The notes beneath the pieces were generated by a model. It was not told the DNA's origin and did no database searches. It was given only the letters and a program-made list of their open reading frames with translations. From NCBI GenBank assembly GCA_044868145.1, contig JBIOWE010000004.1:333860-397859 (forward strand): a stretch of DNA of 64,000 nucleotides, read 5' to 3'. The translations under genes were made by a program, and so were the position numbers. The stretch is from Patescibacteria group bacterium (GTDB lineage Bacteria; Patescibacteriota; Patescibacteriia; UBA10025; JBIOWE01). Shown here in pieces: positions 7,758-15,196 of the stretch; within the stretch, counting starts at the first letter, position 1; every line of letters starts with the position of its first letter.

Positions 7758-8351
7758 ATGGCGCATTTGCCAAAATTCAACATTTTCGGTCACGCACATT
7801 TTGTAACGACCAATACACATCATCGCAGGCATATTTTCCGTAATGAGAAATGTTGTGAAATTTTGATATCCGAGATTAATTTCTATCGCAACAAGTTAAG
7901 GTTCAAATTAATCGGATACTGTATTATGCTAGATCATTTGCACATGATAATTTGGTGGGATCCGGGGACCGTACCGCATTTAGTGGTCTCAGCAATTATG
8001 CATCGTATCAAAAACCATTCCGCCCGCTCGATCATCGATTCTGTATATCACACGGGTGGGCAAGGTCCCTTGACCTTGCCGCCGCGTGTGCGCCTGGGTC
8101 AAGGGACCCAGGCTACCCGAGCGGAATATCCACACAAGAGAATGAGCAGACAACAATATCAGGTATGGCAACCCTCTTTCTATGACTTTAATATTTATTC
8201 AGAGGATATGCTACATCAAAAATTAGATTATATTCACCTGAATCCTGTCCGTGCCGGGCTTGTGCGCGATCCTGTTGACTGGAAATATTCCTCTGCCCGA
8301 AATTACTATCTAGGAGACGAGTCAATGTTAAAGATTGATCGACTATTATAA
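7758..8351 (+). CDS. REP-associated tyrosine transposase (RAYT; IS200/IS605-like Y1 HuH transposase)
   Basis: About 197 aa with N-terminal GHAHFVTTNTHHRRHIF, the HuH motif DHLHMII and C-terminal LDYIHLNPVRAGLVRDPVDWKYSS, which is characteristic of RAYTs. A GGAAGG RBS sits 8 nt upstream of the ATG at 7758. GTAG-initiated palindromic REP-like repeats occur elsewhere in the window. Confidence 0.75.
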   Translation: MAHLPKFNIFGHAHFVTTNTHHRRHIFRNEKCCEILISEINFYRNKLRFKLIGYCIMLDHLHMIIWWDPGTVPHLVVSAIMHRIKNHSARSIIDSVYHTGGQGPLTLPPRVRLGQGTQATRAEYPHKRMSRQQYQVWQPSFYDFNIYSEDMLHQKLDYIHLNPVRAGLVRDPVDWKYSSARNYYLGDESMLKIDRLL

Positions 8352-8355
8352 GCAT

Positions 8356-9879
8356 ATGTCTTCAAAAATTCTGACAGCGGCAATTGTCGGTCTTGACGCG
8401 CAAGTTGTGGAGGTCGAGGCGGATCTGACGTTCGGCTTGCCGCGCATGTTTATCGTGGGCTTGCCCGACGCCGCGGTTCAGGAGGCTAAGGAGCGCGTAC
8501 GGTCCGCGCTGAAAAACAGCGGCAATGAATTTCCGCGCGGCAATGTTACGGTAAATCTTGCGCCTGCGGATTTAAAAAAAGAAGGCCCGGCCTACGACCT
8601 ACCCATCGCGCTCGCGATTCTCGCGGCGCAAGGAGTCGTGCCGGCGTCTGCAAGCGAGCGTCGCCAGTTGTTTGTGGGTGAACTCGCGCTTGACGGAACG
8701 ATTCGCGGGGTGCGCGGCGTTCTTTCTATTATGCTTATGGCGCGTGAGCTGGGCGTTCGCGATCTTTTTCTGCCCGCGGAAAATGCCGAGGAGGCGAGCA
8801 TTATTCCTGGTGTAAAGATTTTCGCGGTTGACCATCTCCGGCTGTTAATACAACACCTGCGCGGCAAACGACAACTTGCGCCGTATCGCCATCATGGTGA
8901 AACACGGCAAGCGCCGAAGCAAGAGTACGCAATGGACATGGTGTACGTGCGCGGCCAGGAACATGCGAAGCGCGCCCTCGAAATCGCCGCGGCCGGCGGT
9001 CATAACCTGCTTATGACGGGTCCTCCGGGCTCGGGAAAAACAATGCTCGCGAAAGCGCTCAGGACGATTTTACCGCCGCTCACGTTGGAAGAATCGCTCG
9101 ACGTAACCCGTATTTATTCGGTTGCCGGACTTTTACCCAAACGTCAGCCCCTGTGGCGCGACCGACCGTTTCGCTCGCCGCATCATACGGCGTCATCCGT
9201 GGCGATTGTCGGCGGTGGCTCATGGCCAAAGCCCGGTGAAATATCGCTGGCGCATCGAGGTGTGCTGTTTCTGGACGAATTCCCGGAATTCCAGCGACAG
9301 GTTCTGGAAAGTTTGCGTCAGCCGCTCGAGGAAGGCGTTGTGGTTATCTCGCGCGTGGCAAACACCCTGCAATTTCCGAGCCGGTTCATTCTCGTGGCAG
9401 CGCAAAACCCCTGCCCATGCGGGTTTAGGACCGACCCTAGCCGTCAATGTACCTGCAGTGCGGCTGAAATTGTGAAATATCGAAAAAAAATATCCGGGCC
9501 ATTGCTTGACCGCATTGACCTGCACGTTGAAGTACCTCGCGTTCCCTATGAAAAGCTTACTTCGGCTGTTGCGGGCGAATCGTCAAGTGTTTTTCGCGAC
9601 CGTGTGGCAAAGGCCCGCGATGTGCAATCGGCTCGCTTCCGCGGCGCGAATATACAAACGAACGCCGAAATGCCGATTGCGGTGATGAAGGACTATTGTC
9701 GCCCTGATACTAAAGGCGCAGAATTGTTGCGACAAGCTATGACATCATTGAATCTCTCCGCGCGGTCGTATCAACGCATACTCAAAGTGAGTCGGACCAT
9801 AGCGGACCTTGCCGGATCGGAATCCGTAACCGCCACTCATATAGCGGAGGCATTGCAGTATAGGGAAAAAAGTCAGTAG
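8356..9879 (+). CDS. comM: YifB/ComM-family Mg-chelatase-like AAA+ ATPase
   Basis: About 507 aa with an N-terminal Lon-like domain (AAIVGLDAQVVEVEADL), Walker A GPPGSGKT and a C-terminal Mg-chelatase ChlI-like region. Confidence 0.85.
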   Translation: MSSKILTAAIVGLDAQVVEVEADLTFGLPRMFIVGLPDAAVQEAKERVRSALKNSGNEFPRGNVTVNLAPADLKKEGPAYDLPIALAILAAQGVVPASASERRQLFVGELALDGTIRGVRGVLSIMLMARELGVRDLFLPAENAEEASIIPGVKIFAVDHLRLLIQHLRGKRQLAPYRHHGETRQAPKQEYAMDMVYVRGQEHAKRALEIAAAGGHNLLMTGPPGSGKTMLAKALRTILPPLTLEESLDVTRIYSVAGLLPKRQPLWRDRPFRSPHHTASSVAIVGGGSWPKPGEISLAHRGVLFLDEFPEFQRQVLESLRQPLEEGVVVISRVANTLQFPSRFILVAAQNPCPCGFRTDPSRQCTCSAAEIVKYRKKISGPLLDRIDLHVEVPRVPYEKLTSAVAGESSSVFRDRVAKARDVQSARFRGANIQTNAEMPIAVMKDYCRPDTKGAELLRQAMTSLNLSARSYQRILKVSRTIADLAGSESVTATHIAEALQYREKSQ

Positions 9880-9924
9880 ATTCAAAATTCGAAGCTCGAA
9901 ATACAAAATTCGAAACAAATTCAA

Positions 9925-10290
9925 ATGACCAAATTGCAAAATCCAAAACTATTCGACCTAGAACAGCGCACTCTATTGTTTGCAAAAAACGTGCGATTCT
10001 TTTTCGAGAAATTACCAAGAACCATCATGAACATTGAAGATGGGCGGCAGCTTATACGGTCCTCGGGTTCAATTGGCGCAAACTATATTGAAGCCAATGA
10101 GTCACTAAGCAAAAAAGATTTTCTCATGAGAATAAAAATATGTCGGAAAGAATCAAAGGAATGCAGGTTCTGGCTTCAGCTTTTTGATTTGAGGGGCCAA
10201 ACCAACCTTGAACGGGAGAGGGCTTTGTTCATCCAAGAATCTACCGAATTAATGATGATCTTTGGTTCTATCATACGAAAGTTAGAATAG
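9925..10290 (+). CDS. four-helix-bundle protein (TIGR02436; 23S rRNA intervening-sequence protein family), copy 1
   Basis: 121 aa. FDLEQRTLLFAKNVRFFFEKLPR...QLIRSSGSIGANYIEANESLSKKDFLMRIKICRKESKECRFWLQL matches the family signature. It is flanked by AAATTCGAA / TTCGGATTT short inverted repeats. Confidence 0.75.
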   Translation: MTKLQNPKLFDLEQRTLLFAKNVRFFFEKLPRTIMNIEDGRQLIRSSGSIGANYIEANESLSKKDFLMRIKICRKESKECRFWLQLFDLRGQTNLERERALFIQESTELMMIFGSIIRKLE

Positions 10291-10378
10291 GTTTTGGTCA
10301 TTGGGATTTTAGAAAATTCTTATTGTTTCGGATTTCGATATTCGGATTTCGGATTTATCCTCGATGGGTTTTTACGCC

Positions 10379-10951
10379 TTACTGGACGATGACCGTCCCG
10401 ACTCGTGAGGGGTTTAGATGGTCATGGTACGAGTAGGTGCCGGCTTGAGCGAACGTGAAGGAGTATCGTTCGCCCGGGCCAATGTTGCCTGTGCCGTCGT
10501 CATCCCAGATGCCCCGGTAGCGCAGGTGCGAGGGATGAAAGTCGGGCGCCACGTACACAGCGCTCGATCCGCTATTTGTCCAGGTCACTGTCCCGCCAAC
10601 GCCTATGGTTACCGACGCCGGCGAAAAACCTGACGATGAAACAGACACCGAGGCACTTTGCGCCAACGCCGATACGTTTGTATTGGTGTTCACGGTCGGC
10701 GCTGTGTTAACATTTTTATTTTGATTGATAGTGGTAACAGTATTCACGTTTTTATTTTGATTGACGGTGCTGTTCGTCATTGTTATGTTTGTGTTAAGCG
10801 CAGTACCGTTGATACTAACCATGCTGTTTATCGACGTATTTGTCGTATTAACATTTACTTCGGGTGGTCTTTTTGAAGATAGGTAGAAGCCTCCGCCGAT
10901 GATCAGCGCGATGGCGGCAATGATTCCTATCCATAGTAATGGTTTATTCAT
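10379..10951 (-). CDS. membrane-anchored secreted protein with Asn/Thr-rich repeats and a C-terminal cupredoxin-like domain
   Basis: Signal-anchor MNKPLLWIGIIAAIALII, TVNQNKNVNT repeats, and C-terminal GGTVTWTNSGSSAVYVAPD...GERYSFTFAQAGTYSYHDHLNPSRVGTVIVQ, a plastocyanin/amicyanin-like fold that apparently lacks the Cu-ligand Cys. Confidence 0.45.
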   Translation of the reverse strand: MNKPLLWIGIIAAIALIIGGGFYLSSKRPPEVNVNTTNTSINSMVSINGTALNTNITMTNSTVNQNKNVNTVTTINQNKNVNTAPTVNTNTNVSALAQSASVSVSSSGFSPASVTIGVGGTVTWTNSGSSAVYVAPDFHPSHLRYRGIWDDDGTGNIGPGERYSFTFAQAGTYSYHDHLNPSRVGTVIVQ

Positions 10952-11055
10952 GGAAGAAACTAAGGTAAACAAGCAAAAAAGAGTATAACAAATTCCTGCG
11001 CAGACGACCATTTTTACTGGACTTTTTGGTTAATTTGTGCTAAAATAAAAAAGAA

Positions 11056-12480
11056 ATGGCAACACAAACGCATGTCGGTCAAAATAAAAATAAAAAGGAC
11101 GAGAAGCTGATCTTGCTTCTTGAAGAGCGCGAGAAGCAAAGGCGATTACAGTGGTCGGTGTACGTTCGATACATCGTCATCGTGGTCATTGTTGCGATCT
11201 CGCTCATGGGGGCGCAGTTTCAATTGAACTACGATCTCAGGGGGATATTCCTCGCCGTCGCGCTCGCGTTCATCTTTAACATCGCTTCTAGCTTTGTATA
11301 TCGCTCAACGCGGTATCCAGAGTTTTGGCCCTATCTCGGGATCTTTTTCGACATGATCGTAATTACGATCGTGGTGCATTTCACGGGCGGTATCGAAAGC
11401 GTGTTCTTGCCGTTGTATCTGTTGCAGCTCGTAGGGACTAATTTGCATTTTTCAAAAATCGCTGGCCCTTTGAATTTTATTTTTGGCGGTAACCTGTTCA
11501 TTTTTCTTGTCCTTCTTGAACAAGCTGGCGTTATTCCGCACTACGCAACGGGTTTCTTCCCTCCTGATGCGTATCAGAATCCTCAATTTATCCTCATGGT
11601 TTCGATCACGTTGATTGCGCTCATGGGTATTTCCACGTACCGCTCGGGTCACGTTGTCTGGAGTTTACAATCTGTTGAGCGAAAATTATTCGAGCTTAAT
11701 GAAGACTTGTCTCGGATGAACCAGGCGCTAGCGGAGGCGAACAAGCGTTTGAGTGATGCAGACCAAATAAAAACGGAATTTATTTCCGTCGCCTCTCACC
11801 AGATGCGGACCCCGTTGTCTGCAATCAAATGGTCGCTTAAAATGGTCATGGATGGGGACATGGGACAGTTATCGCCCGAGCAAAAAGACGTACTACGGAA
11901 AGGCTACATGAGCAATGAGCGGATGATTGGATTGATTAACGACTTGTTGAACGTATCGCGCATCGAGGAAGGGCGCTTTCAATATCAATTTCAGCCAACC
12001 CAACTTGAAGAAGTTGTGGATCATGCGCTTGAGGAGTTGCGCTCGGAAATTGAGACTCGCAAGATTCAATTTTCCTATGCGCCTCCTCGGGAACGGTTTC
12101 CTCCGCTGAATCTTGATGAGCAAAAAATTAAGCTGGCCTTGCAGAACGTTCTCGACAACGCCTTCAAGTATACGCAGAAAGGCGGAAAAGTATGGCTTTC
12201 TCTTGATCGCGAGGACGGCCAACTACACATACGAGTGCGGGATTCAGGTGTGGGTATCCCGCAGCACCAGCAACACAGAATTTTTTCAAAATTTTTTCGG
12301 GCGGATAACGTCATTCGGATGCAAACGGAAGGATCAGGACTCGGCCTTTTCATCGTTAAGAAGATTATCGAACATCATGGCGGACGCGTTTGGTTCGAAA
12401 GCCGTGAAGAACACGGCACGACGGTTCATATGACGATTCCGCTGGTTTTTAAGCCAAGTACTGCACAAACAAGATTATGA
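11056..12480 (+). CDS. sensor histidine kinase (membrane-bound)
   Basis: 474 aa with multi-TM N-terminus, H-box ISVASHQMRTPLSAIKWSL, N-box LQNVLDNAFKY and G-boxes DSGVGIP / GSGLGLFIVKKIIEHHGG. Confidence 0.85.
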   Translation: MATQTHVGQNKNKKDEKLILLLEEREKQRRLQWSVYVRYIVIVVIVAISLMGAQFQLNYDLRGIFLAVALAFIFNIASSFVYRSTRYPEFWPYLGIFFDMIVITIVVHFTGGIESVFLPLYLLQLVGTNLHFSKIAGPLNFIFGGNLFIFLVLLEQAGVIPHYATGFFPPDAYQNPQFILMVSITLIALMGISTYRSGHVVWSLQSVERKLFELNEDLSRMNQALAEANKRLSDADQIKTEFISVASHQMRTPLSAIKWSLKMVMDGDMGQLSPEQKDVLRKGYMSNERMIGLINDLLNVSRIEEGRFQYQFQPTQLEEVVDHALEELRSEIETRKIQFSYAPPRERFPPLNLDEQKIKLALQNVLDNAFKYTQKGGKVWLSLDREDGQLHIRVRDSGVGIPQHQQHRIFSKFFRADNVIRMQTEGSGLGLFIVKKIIEHHGGRVWFESREEHGTTVHMTIPLVFKPSTAQTRL

Positions 12481-13154
12481 ACATCCCTCTCTCACCGCTT
12501 CTATTATTCTTGAACACGATAGTATGCTTTGCGTGCGGAGGAAAATTGTATGGCGTGTACCGTCGAGATCAGTCTAATAAGGTTGTGGACCATTTCGTCA
12601 AGGCGTACATTTTTTTCGCCGTTGCGTATCTCTTTTTTTCACTGCCCTGGCTCTTGATACCCCAGGAACGTTTTTATCTCGGCGTCATGATGATTTTGGG
12701 CAGCCTCTTTTTGTTCATAGCGTACGGCTACCTTACGATGACGACAACATTTTTTCTCGACCCGCTGCGGTATCGCGTCTCATTTTTCCTTTTCCTGCTT
12801 TTAGCATCGGTCGTGCTGTTGGTTGATATCGCATTTTTTTCCTTTCCTCTCTTTGATAACGCCAGCGGTCTTTTGGACTGGAACTTGGATACTGTTCCCC
12901 GAATAGCCTCCGCGGTCCTCCTGCTTTCCGTCGTTGTCCCTTCCGCGCTGTATTTTCTTTTGCAATCGTTTTCGAGCCCAAACCCTATTGTTCGAACACG
13001 ATCGCTCTTGCTTCTATTTGGGTTTTTATTATTGAGCGCTGCCGCTGTTTTGGTTTACAGTGTCAAACCTTTGCCGCTCTTAATTCTCGCGACCAGCCTG
13101 TCGACTCTCGCTTTTCTGGTCTTATTCCTCGGCGTATATTACAAAAGGCAATGA
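12477..13154 (+). CDS. polytopic membrane protein of unknown function
   Basis: 225 aa with 6+ predicted TM segments. Its start overlaps the HK stop (ATGA), and it lies between the kinase and the response regulator. Confidence 0.5.
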   Translation: MNIPLSPLLLFLNTIVCFACGGKLYGVYRRDQSNKVVDHFVKAYIFFAVAYLFFSLPWLLIPQERFYLGVMMILGSLFLFIAYGYLTMTTTFFLDPLRYRVSFFLFLLLASVVLLVDIAFFSFPLFDNASGLLDWNLDTVPRIASAVLLLSVVVPSALYFLLQSFSSPNPIVRTRSLLLLFGFLLLSAAAVLVYSVKPLPLLILATSLSTLAFLVLFLGVYYKRQ

Positions 13155-13173
13155 AAAAGAGTTCCCTCATTCT

Positions 13174-13554
13174 ATGATTCATGTACTTATTATTGAGGAC
13201 GATCAATTCCTTCGAGATTTGCTCAAGACGAAACTAGAGAAGGAGGGTTTTCGCGTTACGACAGCAATAGACGGACCTGAGGGTTGGCAAAAACTGCAGT
13301 CGGAACCTGTCGATGTTGTGCTGCTCGACATTATTCTCCCAGGATTTGATGGTTTTGAAATCCTGGCGCGCGCGCGAAAATCACCGGATGCGCAATGGAC
13401 AAAACTTCCCATTATTCTCCTCACGAATCTTGGACAAGAGGCGGACGTGGCAAAAGGAAGAACGCTTGGTGCAAACGATTACCTCATCAAGTCCAATTTT
13501 ACGCTCGACGAGATTATTCAGAAAATAAAAAAGCTGCTTGGGAAGGAGAGGTAA
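13174..13554 (+). CDS. response regulator, stand-alone receiver (CheY-like) domain
   Basis: 126 aa with the acidic pocket IIEDD, phospho-acceptor VLLDIILPGFDG and a T/K pair (LLTNLG...DYLIK). No output domain. Confidence 0.8.
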   Translation: MIHVLIIEDDQFLRDLLKTKLEKEGFRVTTAIDGPEGWQKLQSEPVDVVLLDIILPGFDGFEILARARKSPDAQWTKLPIILLTNLGQEADVAKGRTLGANDYLIKSNFTLDEIIQKIKKLLGKER

Positions 13555-13659
13555 CCCAGCACCACTTTTACAGCATTATATTTCATAGAAAATAAAGAAC
13601 GTTCATTTTGATAAATGAGCGTCTTTTTGGCCAAACAGCAAGGTAAAAGTGGTGCTGGG

Positions 13660-15111
13660 TTAGAGGTAGCTCAACGGATTCACCGGTCTGTTGTTGATGC
13701 GCACTTCAAAGTGAACATGTGTGCCTGTGCACCAACCAGTGCATCCCATCATCGCGAGTACTTGGCCACGAGATACTCGCTGCCCCGCCCGCACAAAGAT
13801 TTTGCTGGCGTGCGCGTACAAGGTTTTCATGTTGCCACCATGATTGACGATAACATTGAGTCCGTAGCCGCGGCCTGCGTTGTTCACCGATTCCACAATG
13901 CCGTCGCTCGCCGCGTAGATGGGCGAAGAGTAGTCGCCGTCAATATCAATTCCGGTGTGGCCGTAGCGGAAATATTGGTTAATGCGATGCGATGGGGTTG
14001 GCCAGAGCAATCTACCGGACGAGGTCACCCGCGCAGGCGGCGGAATATTTTGGTACGCGTACCGCGATGGCGTATACGTATTTGTTGACTTTGGCGCTTC
14101 CGGCATTGTTCCACCAGGGATAAGTAGAATTTGTCCTTTCTCGATTGCGGTTGCGTCGGCAAGGCGATTGTATTCAATGACCTCGTCAGCGCTCACGCTA
14201 TACTTTTGGGCAATTTTTGCAACCGTATCGCCGGACTGTACTTGATGGGATAACCCCGAGGCGGGCAGAATGGTTAGCTTGTCTCCCGGTCGAATATAGT
14301 CACGACTCCCGAGCCGGTTTTCCCAGAGAACGGTGTTTCCGCTTATGTGGAATTTTTCCGCTATGGTCGAGATTGTGTCGCCGGGCTCGACGTAATAATA
14401 CACAACACGGCTGCGCGGGGATTGATCGTCCGGCTCAATGAGGCCGCTCGAAACAACAGCGCCCGACACCTGCGACGTAATAACGGTCGGTTCGATAGCT
14501 TCGGCAACTTCGCCGACCACTGGCTCTTTGTTCGCGGCGGCAGCCGATTGTATCGGCTCTCGTATTGGTGCTTTAGCCGCCGATGTATCCTCAGTGAGTT
14601 GTTCAAGCGAATTATTGATAAATGTGTTAACCAGGCTGCGCTTGCCAAAATCTTCCGCACGGACTTCCCGGGCCAATACATTGTTAGAAAGCACAATGAT
14701 TCCCAAAAGAAAGACCACAATATGAATTGCTGTATTGCGCGTAAAGGGGAATGATATCGTGCTTTTTGCGGGTAGCAATTTTTTCATCATCCAGACCTTC
14801 ACGATGCGGTAGACACGGTAAAGCCGAACCAGAATATGCCGGAAGATGAAATCAGCCACAATGGTGATTGGGCGGACGATTACTAGCAGTAAGAAAAAGC
14901 CTACAGCGCGCACGCCGTAGGAAAGGAGCCGTAGGACTCCAACGGAAAGCTGAATAATGAATTTTTTGATGTGGATACGAATAGGTTGACCTCTTGTAAG
15001 TGTGTTTTTTCTTACGAGTCGCTTCGCATGATGTTTTTCCCTTGCCAGAGCGCCCTTTGCATGCTTACAGAAGTCAAGGTATAGACTACCATATTGTGAA
15101 AATACCGTCAA
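13660..15111 (-). CDS. M23 family peptidase with two LysM domains
   Basis: LysM1 is YYVEPGDTISTIAEKFHISGNTVLWENRL and LysM2 is HQVQSGDTVAKIAQKYSVSADEVIEYNRL. The C-terminal M23 region is GHTGIDIDG...GNMKTLYAHASK...GTHVHFEV. The N-terminus has two TM segments. The true start is uncertain; the internal MMKK at about 14790 is possible. Confidence 0.8.
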   Translation of the reverse strand: MTVFSQYGSLYLDFCKHAKGALAREKHHAKRLVRKNTLTRGQPIRIHIKKFIIQLSVGVLRLLSYGVRAVGFFLLLVIVRPITIVADFIFRHILVRLYRVYRIVKVWMMKKLLPAKSTISFPFTRNTAIHIVVFLLGIIVLSNNVLAREVRAEDFGKRSLVNTFINNSLEQLTEDTSAAKAPIREPIQSAAAANKEPVVGEVAEAIEPTVITSQVSGAVVSSGLIEPDDQSPRSRVVYYYVEPGDTISTIAEKFHISGNTVLWENRLGSRDYIRPGDKLTILPASGLSHQVQSGDTVAKIAQKYSVSADEVIEYNRLADATAIEKGQILLIPGGTMPEAPKSTNTYTPSRYAYQNIPPPARVTSSGRLLWPTPSHRINQYFRYGHTGIDIDGDYSSPIYAASDGIVESVNNAGRGYGLNVIVNHGGNMKTLYAHASKIFVRAGQRVSRGQVLAMMGCTGWCTGTHVHFEVRINNRPVNPLSYL

Positions 15112-15196
15112 GACTCTCTGTGAGTTGGGCGCCTTTTGCTCACGGTTTGAAAGCGAGTGGAAAACAATGGTAAACTTAATGATAAGCAGATTACGT

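Noticed and set aside
10379-11011. Upstream 20 codons of the cupredoxin-like ORF (MVVCAGICYTLFCLFTLVSS)
   Set aside because: The ATG at 10951 (MNKPLLWIGII...) gives a canonical signal-anchor. The extension has no RBS.
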